DNA from: an uncultured Pseudoflavonifractor sp.
GTDB lineage: Bacteria; Bacillota; Clostridia; Oscillospirales; Oscillospiraceae
Length of the DNA stretch: 64,000 bases
Reading direction: 5' to 3'
Assembly: GCF_944387805.1 (NCBI RefSeq)
Contig: NZ_CALXGI010000004.1
Span: 20,793-84,792 of the forward strand
In this document: piece after piece, positions 27,455 to 36,542 of the stretch
Layout: every line of letters starts with the position of its first letter
How positions within the stretch are numbered: the first letter of the stretch is position 1
Made by a program: the position numbers and the translations under genes
Notes under the pieces: generated by a model
The model's input: only the letters and a program-made list of their open reading frames with translations
What the model was told of the DNA's origin: nothing
Databases searched by the model: none

Positions 27455-27790
27455 ATGAAACGAATTGCTACCATGATTCTGGGCGCCGCCCTGGTGCTCT
27501 CCCTGGCCTCCTGCTCCAAGCTGGGTCTCCCCGGCAGGCAGTCCGCCTCCCCCGCGCCCAGCGAGAGCGGGACAGTGGAGACCAAGACGGCCACGGTCTC
27601 AGGCGTTATCAACCGGATGGACAATTTTTTGGTGCTGCTGCTGGACAACGACAGCTACCAGATTTTTGACTTTGCCAAGGGGCTGGATACCAGCGGCTTT
27701 GCCGAGGGCGACCGGGTGGAGGTGACCTACACCGGCGTTCTGGGGGACGAAAACGCCACCCCTGTAGCCACCCAGATGGTGAAGCAGTAA
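27455..27790 (+). CDS. Small hypothetical lipoprotein
   Basis: Lipobox LSLASC; GAAAGGAAAG RBS; OB-fold-like GDRVEVTY segment. Confidence 0.7.
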   Translation: MKRIATMILGAALVLSLASCSKLGLPGRQSASPAPSESGTVETKTATVSGVINRMDNFLVLLLDNDSYQIFDFAKGLDTSGFAEGDRVEVTYTGVLGDENATPVATQMVKQ

Positions 27791-28004
27791 GACGGGAAAA
27801 ACAAACAGGGCCGGAGGACACAGCGGCGTGCCTCCGGCCCTGCTTTGTTCCGGGATGCTGAAGTGTTTATGGGGGCAGGTCGTGCCGCACGCGCCGGTGA
27901 AACTGCGCGCTCGGCGGCGGAGAAATCCATGCGCCGAAAGCCTGAGCCATGGTTCCCGGGGCTCTTTCGGCGCGTCTGCCTGTGACGTGGGAAGAGCGGC
28001 CGGT

Positions 28005-28571
28005 TTATTTTGTCACGCGAAAGGTCAGTCCATCGTATTTCTGTCCGCCGACCTCACGGGAACCCACATTGCGGTTGCACTCTACAAAGCCGAGCTTTGC
28101 CGCGCAGCGAAGCATACGGACATTGCCTGACCAAGTTTGCGTATAAAGCTCCTCCGCGCCGTTTTCAAAGAAGTAGTCCATAAAGGCGCGGAGAGCGTTT
28201 GTTCCAATGCCGTTTCCCCAGAGGTCGGACTCGCAAATAGAAATGCCGACCGCGCGGTGGACGGTCTGACCGTCTTTGACCTTGCCAAGGCTGTTGTAGT
28301 GCTCGTCTATGAGATAGGAGCTTACCCAGCCAATGTGCCGGCCGTTCCACTCGATTTCAAACTTCCAGCGGCGGGCGTTTTCGGGAAGGCCCTTCACGGA
28401 CTCATAATACTTGCGCCAAGCGGCGCGCTCCTTCTCCGCGTCCGATTCGAGAGGCTCCCACGGAGCGTCCGTATGGGACCACTCGGTTTCAGTGGTGAAC
28501 CAACGTACATAGTCCTCAATGTCGGAAGCGATCGGATCCCGAAGAATAATATTTTTGTATTGGATCTGCAC
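28005..28571 (-). CDS. GNAT N-acetyltransferase (RimJ/RimL-like), atypical codon usage
   Basis: GISICESDLWGNGIGTNAL...TWSGNVRMLRCAAKLGF; GTG start after GGAGG. Confidence 0.88.
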   Translation of the reverse strand: MQIQYKNIILRDPIASDIEDYVRWFTTETEWSHTDAPWEPLESDAEKERAAWRKYYESVKGLPENARRWKFEIEWNGRHIGWVSSYLIDEHYNSLGKVKDGQTVHRAVGISICESDLWGNGIGTNALRAFMDYFFENGAEELYTQTWSGNVRMLRCAAKLGFVECNRNVGSREVGGQKYDGLTFRVTK

Positions 28572-28608
28572 AGAGCTGCACCTCCCAGGAAGAATTTGCT
28601 GCTGCCAG

Positions 28609-28880
28609 GCATTGCAATGCCGGAGGGGGGAGCCGCCCTCCGGGCGGCAGAACCCAAAACAAAAGGCGACAGCAAAAGCAGCTGCCTTTTGTTTTGGAAG
28701 GGGCGGTTAAAATCGATATTTCTGAATGGAGAAAAATGCCGCCTGCAAGGCGGCCTACCAACTGCGAGCCCAGCGCAGCGGGTCGCAGTTGGAAAGGAGG
28801 AGCAAGGGAGCGGGCGGATGACGTCTTTTTTTGCCTCGGGCATAAAAAGACATCGGAGCAAAGCGGACTTTGCTCCGACG
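28609..28880 (-). repeat. tRNA 3'-abutting multi-hairpin element, copy B
   Basis: Begins right after the CCA of tRNA-Leu; homologous to 5399-5662. Confidence 0.85.
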
Positions 28881-28967
28881 TGGTGCCGGTGACCGGACTC
28901 GAACCGGTACGCTGTTGCCAGCGGCGGATTTTGAGTCCGCTACGTCTACCAATTTCATCACACCGGC
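28881..28967 (-). tRNA. tRNA-Leu (CAA)
   Basis: GCCGGTG acceptor, anticodon arm GCGGA-CTCAAAA-TCCGC, long variable arm, GGTTCGAGTCC, encoded CCA. Confidence 0.97.
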
Positions 28968-29151
28968 GTATAAAGAAGAAAGCAGCTGCCTGCTTCTATG
29001 CGTTGCTCCATATTATACAGGAAATTCAGCGCCATTTCAAGGAGAATTTTGAGGAGATGACGCAGGCGCATGGGTTGCAATATGGGGAAAAGTATGGCAG
29101 AATAGCCACGTAAGAGCGCGGGGAGGCCCGCACCCCGGAAGGAGAGACGTT

Positions 29152-30474
29152 ATGGACTACACCCTCTATCAGCTGGCCTGGTTTTTCCTGGTCTACTCCC
29201 TGGCAGGGTGGTGCGTCAGCGTAGCGGCTGCTGCGGTACGGCGGCACACCTTTGTCAACAGCGGCTTTCTCAATCTGCCGCTCAAACCGTCCTATGGCTT
29301 CGGCGCGGTACTCTTTGCCATCTTTCTGCCTGAACTGGCCGATCACCCCTTTTTCCTGGTGCTGGGAGGCGCAGTCATCGCCGCGGCAGTCACCTTTGTC
29401 ACCGGCTTCCTGCTGGAGCGCATCTTTCACCGCCGCTGGTGGGATTATACCAGGCAGCGATTTCAGTTTGAGGGGTATATCTCCTTCCCGCTGCTGCTGG
29501 TGTGGGGACTGCTGGCCCTGGCGTCTATCCGGTTTCTGGACCCTATGCTGGCCGGGCTGCTGGACCGAATTCCCAGACTGGCAGGACTCATTGCCCTGCT
29601 GGTCTGCCTGGGGCTGATTGCGGCCGACTTTGTGGTCTCCCTGGTGTCCATGCTCCAGCTCCGGTTCCGCCTGAAGCGGCTGTCCAGGCTGTCGGAGGAC
29701 TTCCGCGATCTGTCCAACCTGTTCGGCAACGCCATCACCCGCCGGGTCCAGCGCCGGGTCCTGAGCGCCCACAACCTGGAGGCGGAAAAGCTGCTGGAGG
29801 CCCAGGAGGAGACGCCGGAGAAGAGCGGCGTCTTTGCCGAGGGCTGCTGCTTTCACAAGCTGGTGTGGCTCTTTGTCATTGCCGCCTTCCTGGGCGACGT
29901 CATCGAGACGCTGTTCTGCCGGGTGACGGCGGGAGTATGGATGAGCCGGAGCAGCCTGATCTATGGCGCCTTCAGTGTGGTGTGGGGTCTGGGCGCGGTA
30001 ATGTTCACTGCCGTGCTCTACAAGTATAAGGACCGCAGCGACCGTTACATCTTTTTGGCGGGAACCATCCTGGGCGGCGCCTATGAGTATGGGTGCAGTG
30101 TGTTTACTGAGCTGGTATTCGGCACCGTGTTTTGGGATTACAGCCATATCCCCTTCAACCTGGGGGGACGCATCAACCTGCTCTACTGCTTTTTCTGGGG
30201 CATTGCGGCTGTGGTGTGGCTCAAGGGCATCTACCCCAGGCTCTCCGGCCTGATTGAGCGGATTCCGCCCAAAATCGGCCGCATCGGCACCTGGGTGCTG
30301 GTGGTGTTCATGGTGTGCAATATGGCGTTGTCCGCCCTGGCCCTGGCCCGGTACAACCAGCGTCAGACTGATCCCGACGCGCCCGCTACCGTCCTCTCCG
30401 ACTTTTTGGACCGACACTACCCCGACGAGCGGATCGCCAGAGTCTATCCCAACGCCATTTTGGTGGAGGATTAA
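29152..30474 (+). CDS. Putative ABC transporter permease (CmpB/TMEM229-like), tandem duplicated domain
   Basis: Two copies of the F..Y/FLG.....E...G.....Y G.GA...WDY......G.I pattern. Confidence 0.75.
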   Translation: MDYTLYQLAWFFLVYSLAGWCVSVAAAAVRRHTFVNSGFLNLPLKPSYGFGAVLFAIFLPELADHPFFLVLGGAVIAAAVTFVTGFLLERIFHRRWWDYTRQRFQFEGYISFPLLLVWGLLALASIRFLDPMLAGLLDRIPRLAGLIALLVCLGLIAADFVVSLVSMLQLRFRLKRLSRLSEDFRDLSNLFGNAITRRVQRRVLSAHNLEAEKLLEAQEETPEKSGVFAEGCCFHKLVWLFVIAAFLGDVIETLFCRVTAGVWMSRSSLIYGAFSVVWGLGAVMFTAVLYKYKDRSDRYIFLAGTILGGAYEYGCSVFTELVFGTVFWDYSHIPFNLGGRINLLYCFFWGIAAVVWLKGIYPRLSGLIERIPPKIGRIGTWVLVVFMVCNMALSALALARYNQRQTDPDAPATVLSDFLDRHYPDERIARVYPNAILVED

Positions 30475-30629
30475 AAGGAACCTGCACGCAGCCTCCGGCT
30501 TCCTGCATGGAAGCTGGGGGCTGTTTTGTACGGAAGTGGGCGCTTTTTTCCCGCCTGGGCTTAACAGAGAGATGGAACTTTGATATAATTGATCAGAATA
30601 AAACAAAAAGAGAACAGGGGAGGAGCTCT

Positions 30630-32171
30630 ATGACGACAGAGCAGAGGACCAGCGTTCAAAACAGCATTGGCCGCCTGGTATTTGTGGGACTGTGCATCCT
30701 GCTGGAGGTGCTTTGGGTTGTCCTGCTCTATATCAGGCTCAATGAGTATTCCGCCGTCCTCAGTGCCGTCACACGTCTGGCGGCCCTGGTAATTGTACTG
30801 AAGCTGTACGGAAAGCACACCAACGCGGCCTTTAAAATGCCGTGGATGCTGCTTTTGCTGGCATTTCCGGTACTGGGTGTGTGCCTCTACCTGCTGATGG
30901 GCCGCTCCGGGACAACCCGTCGGATGGCCCGGCGGTTTGAAAAAGTGGACCAGACCCTGGCGCGGTCCGTACCCAGCCGGCCGGATGCGGTGGAGGACCT
31001 GAAGGCCCGGGGCGGTCCGGCAGGCAATCTGGCCAGCTATTTGCAGCGGTACGGAGGGTTCCCCCTGTGCCGGAATACGGATGTGGCCTTCTATGCCGAG
31101 GCGGCCGACGGGCTGGAGGCCCAGCTCCGGGATTTGGAGCGGGCGGAGCGGTTTATTTTTATGGAGTACCACGCCGTGCAGGAGGGCGCGGCCTTCAGAA
31201 GGCTGAAGGATGTCCTGGCCCAAAAGGCGGCCCAGGGCGTGGAGGTCCGCTTTATCTATGACGACATCGGCAGCATCGGCTTCATCAACCGGGATTTTAT
31301 CCGCCGGATGGAGCAGGTGGGGGTGCAGTGCCGGGTGTTCAACCCGGTCATCCCGGTGTTCAACGTGTTTCTGAACAACCGGGACCACCGAAAGATTACG
31401 GTCATTGACGGCGCGGTGGGATTCACCGGCGGCTACAACCTGGCCGACGAGTACTTCAATCTGACCCACCCCTTCGGACGGTGGAAGGACACCGGCATCC
31501 GGCTGGAGGGGGATGCGGTGACCAGCCTGACAGCCCAGTTTCTGGAGATGTGGAACGCCATCCGTCCCACGGACGGCGACATGAGCGCTTACCTGGCGGC
31601 GGTGCCCTATCAGAGCAGGGAGGACGGCTTTGTCCAGCCCTATGCGGACAGCCCCCTGGACCAGGAATTTGTGGGGGAAAATGTGTACCTGAGCATGGCT
31701 GAGGGAGCCAGAGAGCGAGTGTGGTTTACCACGCCCTACCTCATTATCAGCGACGAGATGACCCGGGTGCTGGGCCTGGCGGCCCGGCGCGGGGTGGATG
31801 TGCGCATTATTACCCCCGGCATCCCGGACAAAAAGCTGGTGTACAGCGTGACCCGGTCCTACTACGCCGGGCTGGCCCGCAGCGGCGTGCGGATTTATGA
31901 GTATACCCCCGGCTTTATCCACGCCAAGCAGTGCGTGGCCGACGGGGAGACCGCTGTGGTGGGCACCATCAACATGGACTACCGCAGCCTGTACCTGCAC
32001 TTTGAGAACGCGGTACTTTTTCACGGCTGCGCCGCGGTAAAGCAGGTGGAGGAGGACTTCCAAAACACCTTTCCCCAGTGCCGGGAGGTCACGGAACAGT
32101 ACAGCTCCGGCCGTTCCGCCGCGCTGCGGGTGTGGCAGTGCCTGCTGCGGCTGTTCGCACCGCTGCTGTAA
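30630..32171 (+). CDS. cls: Cardiolipin synthase
   Basis: Two HKD motifs (HRKITVID, HAKQCVAD), N-terminal TMs, GTINMDYRS. Confidence 0.93.
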   Translation: MTTEQRTSVQNSIGRLVFVGLCILLEVLWVVLLYIRLNEYSAVLSAVTRLAALVIVLKLYGKHTNAAFKMPWMLLLLAFPVLGVCLYLLMGRSGTTRRMARRFEKVDQTLARSVPSRPDAVEDLKARGGPAGNLASYLQRYGGFPLCRNTDVAFYAEAADGLEAQLRDLERAERFIFMEYHAVQEGAAFRRLKDVLAQKAAQGVEVRFIYDDIGSIGFINRDFIRRMEQVGVQCRVFNPVIPVFNVFLNNRDHRKITVIDGAVGFTGGYNLADEYFNLTHPFGRWKDTGIRLEGDAVTSLTAQFLEMWNAIRPTDGDMSAYLAAVPYQSREDGFVQPYADSPLDQEFVGENVYLSMAEGARERVWFTTPYLIISDEMTRVLGLAARRGVDVRIITPGIPDKKLVYSVTRSYYAGLARSGVRIYEYTPGFIHAKQCVADGETAVVGTINMDYRSLYLHFENAVLFHGCAAVKQVEEDFQNTFPQCREVTEQYSSGRSAALRVWQCLLRLFAPLL

Positions 32172-32219
32172 CGGCCAATCGCCCCGGAGCCTGTCCGGGA
32201 TATGCAGGGAGGACTAGCC

Positions 32220-34733
32220 TTGAAAGCGAAAAAGAGTTCTGTCTCATCCAACACGGCGCTGAGCATGCTCATGCTGGCTCTGGTGGCCATCCTGCTCATA
32301 TTCAGCGTCCTTCTGGTCCGGGTCAAGCTGCTGGAGAATACGCAGAATCTGGGCATGGCGCTGGCCAAGAGCTACGCAGTGGAAGAGGAGATGCACCTGG
32401 ACAGCTTCCGGCAGCTCATCAATCTGGCCGCCCAGTATGTGGATGAGATTGACAATGGGAACGGGGACCAGGTTCAGGACTGGCTCAGCGGCTACTTTTC
32501 CAAGCTGACCGCCATACTGGGCGAGAGCACAGTGGACCCATACGCGGTGATTGACGGCAAAATTGTGGCGGCCAATCCGTGGGCGGGGGATTCGGACTAC
32601 CAATACCAGACCACGGATTGGTACCGCAGCGCGGTGGAGGCCGGCGGCGCGGTGGTGTTCAGCGACGTGTACACCGACGTCATTACAGGCGAGCCGGTTT
32701 TTACCATCTCCAAGGCGCTGGCCCGCAGCGGCGATGTGCTGGCCATGGACGTCTATATCCGCAATCAGGGGCTGCATAACACGGCCCAGACCCTGCCGGA
32801 GGACAGCTCCTATTTTCTCTGCGACACCGCCGGCACCCTGCTCTACTCCGTGACCCAGTGGGAGGCAGATGAGGAGACTCTTCAGACCTATCTCGACTAC
32901 CTGCTGACTGGCATTCAGGACGGGTCCCTGTCCGCCTACGATGCCTCCTTTGAGGACATGGAGGGGGTGGAGCGGGGGGCCTATTACTCGGTCATGAGCA
33001 ACGGCTGGACTGTGATTATGACCATTCCCATCCGGGACATCCTGATGGGGGACCGCAATACGGCGCTCAATGTGCTGGCCGGCGTGGGCGTGCTGCTCTT
33101 CGGCGTGCTGACCGCTATGGTGATACGTGATTTGCAGCAGAATAAGCGGATCAAGAAGGCGGGCAATACCATTCAAATCCTCAGCGACTCCTTCTACGCC
33201 GTCTACCGGGTGAATTTCCGCGAAGGGACCTATGAGGCCCTCAAAATGTCGAAGGATCTGAAGGCCCAGACGCCGCAGACGGGCGGGTATGACTTCCTGC
33301 TGGCCACAGTAAAGCAAGTGGTGGAGTCGGGAACGTATCAGGAGTTTGAGCTGAACTTCTCCCTGGACAGCATCCGCCAGCGGGTCAACGAGCACATTGC
33401 CGACTATGGCGGCGACTACCGCCGGCGCTTTGGAGAGACGTACAGATGGGTGAATATCCGCACGCTGTACGATGCCAAGCTGGCCCCTGACGAGGTAATC
33501 CTCTGCTTCCGGGATGTGGACATTGAAAAGCGGCAGCAGCTCCAGCACACCATTATCCTCCAGGAGGCTCTGGAGGCGGCAAAGAAGAGTACAAAGGCCA
33601 AATCCGATTTCTTCAGCAGCATGTCCCATGACATGCGCACTCCGCTCAACGCCATCATCGGATTCTCCCAGCTGGCCCAGAACAGCCAGGAGGACTGCTG
33701 TAAAATGCGGGAGTATATGCAGAAAATAGAATTTTCCGGGCGGCAGCTGCTGGCGCTGATCAACGACATTCTGGAGCTGTCCAAGATGGAGGCAGGGAAG
33801 AACGCCCTCAACAATAAGCGCTTCAACCTGAAGCGGTACGTAGAAGACGCAGCGGGCATTTTCCGGGACCAGGCGGAGCGGCAGGACAAGCACTTTTCCG
33901 TTGAGCTGGATCTCCACAACGAGGTTGTGGTAGGCGATGAATTCAAAATCGGCCAGATCCTCAACAACCTTCTCTCCAACTCGCTGAAGTACAGCAATCC
34001 CGGGGCGGACATCCGGCTGGAGGTCCGGCAGTTCGACTTCCAGCGGCACAGCAAATACCAGATCGTGGTGGAGGACACGGGGATTGGCATGTCGGAACAC
34101 TTTCTGGAGCATCTGTTTGACCCCTACTCCCGGGAGACCCGCTTTACCAGCGCCGCCACCGTGGGCACCGGCCTGGGCATGCCCATTGTCAAGAGCCTGG
34201 TGCAGCAGATGAGCGGTGAAATTTCTGTGGAGAGCACCCTGGGGAAGGGGAGCAAATTCACCGTCACCCTGCCGCTGGAGGCAGTTTCCGGCGAGGAGAG
34301 CGCCGGGGAGCGGAAGGAACCGGAAACAAACGTCTCCTTCCAGCTGGCCGGGCGGAAGATCCTTCTGGCAGAGGACAACGAACTGAATATGGAGATTGCC
34401 ACCGAGATCCTCACCATGAACGGCATGGAGGTGCTCCAGGCATTCAACGGCGCGGAGGCAGTGCGCATCTTCCAGGCGGCGGCCCCTTACTCCATTGACG
34501 CCATCCTGATGGACATGCAGATGCCGGAGATGGACGGCTGCGAGGCGGCCAAAGCCATCCGGGCGCTGGACAAGCCGGACGCGGCCACAGTGCCCATCAT
34601 CGCCGTCACAGCCAACGCCTTTGCCGAGGACATTGACAAGACCACCAAGGCGGGCATGAACGGACACATCTCCAAGCCCATCGACGTGGCGCTGCTCTAC
34701 CAGACGCTGGAGAAGTGCATGAAGCGCGGGTGA
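32220..34733 (+). CDS. Hybrid sensor histidine kinase/response regulator with an extracellular Cache-like domain
   Basis: MSHDMRTPLNAI H-box, NLLSN N-box, DTGIGM and GTGLG G-boxes, C-terminal REC (ILMDMQMP); TTG start. Confidence 0.93.
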   Translation: MKAKKSSVSSNTALSMLMLALVAILLIFSVLLVRVKLLENTQNLGMALAKSYAVEEEMHLDSFRQLINLAAQYVDEIDNGNGDQVQDWLSGYFSKLTAILGESTVDPYAVIDGKIVAANPWAGDSDYQYQTTDWYRSAVEAGGAVVFSDVYTDVITGEPVFTISKALARSGDVLAMDVYIRNQGLHNTAQTLPEDSSYFLCDTAGTLLYSVTQWEADEETLQTYLDYLLTGIQDGSLSAYDASFEDMEGVERGAYYSVMSNGWTVIMTIPIRDILMGDRNTALNVLAGVGVLLFGVLTAMVIRDLQQNKRIKKAGNTIQILSDSFYAVYRVNFREGTYEALKMSKDLKAQTPQTGGYDFLLATVKQVVESGTYQEFELNFSLDSIRQRVNEHIADYGGDYRRRFGETYRWVNIRTLYDAKLAPDEVILCFRDVDIEKRQQLQHTIILQEALEAAKKSTKAKSDFFSSMSHDMRTPLNAIIGFSQLAQNSQEDCCKMREYMQKIEFSGRQLLALINDILELSKMEAGKNALNNKRFNLKRYVEDAAGIFRDQAERQDKHFSVELDLHNEVVVGDEFKIGQILNNLLSNSLKYSNPGADIRLEVRQFDFQRHSKYQIVVEDTGIGMSEHFLEHLFDPYSRETRFTSAATVGTGLGMPIVKSLVQQMSGEISVESTLGKGSKFTVTLPLEAVSGEESAGERKEPETNVSFQLAGRKILLAEDNELNMEIATEILTMNGMEVLQAFNGAEAVRIFQAAAPYSIDAILMDMQMPEMDGCEAAKAIRALDKPDAATVPIIAVTANAFAEDIDKTTKAGMNGHISKPIDVALLYQTLEKCMKRG

Positions 34734-34803
34734 GATACAGCCTGCCTGCGGAGTGGGACTCTTGCTTGGAGAAGGGGCGGAAAATCCGCCGGAAGTTAAG
34801 AAA

Positions 34804-34833
34804 AGCGGGGCATGGCGTCTGCCATGCCCCGCT
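34804..34833. terminator. Terminator between the convergent hybrid kinase gene and rplT
   Basis: 13-bp stem with a 4-nt loop. Confidence 0.7.
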
Positions 34834-34857
34834 CTGTATCGGGCTGGATTTCAGGAC

Positions 34858-35214
34858 TTAGCCCAGCTGAGCCTTCGCCATCTCGGTGAGGGCGGTGAAG
34901 GCGGCCTTGTCGTTGACGGCCAGCTCGGCGAGCATCTTGCGGTTAATCTCCACGCCGGCCTTCTTCAGGCCGTTCATGAAGGTGGAGTAGTTCATGCCGT
35001 TCATCTTGCAGGCGGCGCTGATACGGGTGATCCACAGCTGACGGAAGTCGCGCTTCTTCAGCCGGCGGCCGGTGTAGGCGTACTTCAGGGACTTCATGAC
35101 CTGCTCTTTGGCCATCTTGAAGTGCTTGCTCTTGGCGCCCCAGTAGCCCTTGGCCAGCTTGAGGACCTTATTTCTTCTCTTGCGCGTCATCATCGCGCCC
35201 TTAACTCTAGCCAT
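34858..35214 (-). CDS. rplT: 50S ribosomal protein L20
   Basis: MARVKG...[15 protein letters not shown]. Confidence 0.99.
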   Translation of the reverse strand: MARVKGAMMTRKRRNKVLKLAKGYWGAKSKHFKMAKEQVMKSLKYAYTGRRLKKRDFRQLWITRISAACKMNGMNYSTFMNGLKKAGVEINRKMLAELAVNDKAAFTALTEMAKAQLG

Positions 35215-35255
35215 TTGTTAAAAGCCTCCTATGTTATGAGTAAAAGGTAGTATTC

Positions 35256-35459
35256 TTATTTGTAGGGAATCATGCGCTTGATGGCGGACTCGTTGGTCTT
35301 GTCCGCGTAAGCGCCGGCGCGGAGGCCTCTCTTGCGCTTGGTGTCCTTACCGTGGCCGTTGAGCAGGTGGGACTTGAAGGCGTGGGCGCGCTTGACCTTG
35401 CCGCTCTTGGTGAGGTTGAAGCGCTTCTTGGCGCCGCTGTGGGTTTTGAGCTTAGGCAT
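35256..35459 (-). CDS. rpmI: 50S ribosomal protein L35
   Basis: MPKLKTHSGAKKRF. Confidence 0.98.
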   Translation of the reverse strand: MPKLKTHSGAKKRFNLTKSGKVKRAHAFKSHLLNGHGKDTKRKRGLRAGAYADKTNESAIKRMIPYK

Positions 35460-35513
35460 TTTCGTGATCTCCTTTACTGTTAAATACCTGGGACAGCCGC
35501 CGGGACGGCGGTT

Positions 35514-36044
35514 TTACTTCTTGGCGTCCTTACCGACCTTGGAGGACAGAAAGATGGACATGTGCCGTCCGTCCAGCTTGGGGTCCTTGTCCAGCGTGGC
35601 CACCTCGGCGCACTGCTCGGCAAACTTGAGCAGCAGATCCTTGCCGATCTCGGTATGAGCCATTTCGCGGCCGCGGAAGCGGACCGTCACCTTGACCCGG
35701 TCGCCGTCGGCCAGGAACTTCTGTGCATTGCGGACCTTCACATTGAAGTCGTTGACGTCAATGCCGGGAGACATGCGCACTTCCTTAATTTCCACCACGC
35801 GCTGGTTCTTCCGCGCCTCCTTCTCCCGCTTCTGCTGCTCGAACTTGAACTTGCCGTAGTCCATGAGCTTGCAGACCGGGGGAACCGCGGTGGGAGAGAT
35901 TTTGACCAGGTCCAGACCCTGCTCCATGGCCTTCTCCAGAGCGTCTCTGGCGGACATGATGCCCAGCTGTGCGCCGTCGGCGCCCACCAGGCGGACCTCC
36001 CTGTCCCGAATCTCCTCGTTAAGCTGATGACCCTGTTTGCTGAT
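35514..36044 (-). CDS. infC: Translation initiation factor IF-3 (non-canonical ATC start)
   Basis: LNEEIRDREVRLV...PPVCKLMDYGKFKFE; GGAGGTG RBS placed before an in-frame ATC at 36044. Confidence 0.96.
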   Translation of the reverse strand: MSKQGHQLNEEIRDREVRLVGADGAQLGIMSARDALEKAMEQGLDLVKISPTAVPPVCKLMDYGKFKFEQQKREKEARKNQRVVEIKEVRMSPGIDVNDFNVKVRNAQKFLADGDRVKVTVRFRGREMAHTEIGKDLLLKFAEQCAEVATLDKDPKLDGRHMSIFLSSKVGKDAKK

Positions 36045-36099
36045 AGGAAAGCACCTCCAATTCGTTAAGCAAGCCAAGCCTGCACCTGGCTGAAACCGC

Positions 36100-36235
36100 A
36101 AAAAAGCGGCTACCAACCGGTACCCGCGTCCAACACAACAGCACCCGCCGCATCCCGAAGAGCAGCGCGCGCTGAACCATGTTGACCTCTTTGCCTTTGG
36201 CTGGAGGTGAGGACGGCGGTACCGTTCCTGCTTTA
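36100..36235 (-). promoter_or_regulatory. Ribosomal protein L20 leader (attenuator) upstream of infC-rpmI-rplT
   Basis: AAGCAG..CCGCCGTCCTCACCT 5' segment, a GCGGGTACC..GGTAGCCGC-U6 terminator, and a competing CGGTACCGC antiterminator segment. Confidence 0.7.
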
Positions 36236-36542
36236 TTGTGCTGAGATACTATATCATATAATTCCGCCCAGGTCAAGCAAAAACTGATAAAAAAATATTT
36301 GTCAGGGCAGTTGCGGGAAAAATGGTCAAAAGAGGGAAAAGCACTGGTCTATTTGTTTAAAATGTCTGTCGTGACAATGGAATATTACATGGAACTTGTA
36401 AAAAATTCGGATTAAATAGTCAAATGGCGATTGCTCTTTGTAAAGGAGTGCGGTATAATAGGCCTGTAAGCCCAGGGAGGAACGGAGAAAGCGTCTGTTG
36501 CCAAACTGGGCCATCTGTTTCTTGAAAGGAAGGTAGATCACA

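Noticed and set aside
27893-27900. GCCGGTGA match to the tRNA-Leu 3' end as a possible attR bounding the GNAT gene
   Set aside because: Only 8 bp in GC-rich DNA; compatible with chance.
36455-36542. Purine riboswitch upstream of the BMP nucleoside transporter
   Set aside because: Only a GCCCAG/CTGGGC stem; the purine aptamer core is absent.
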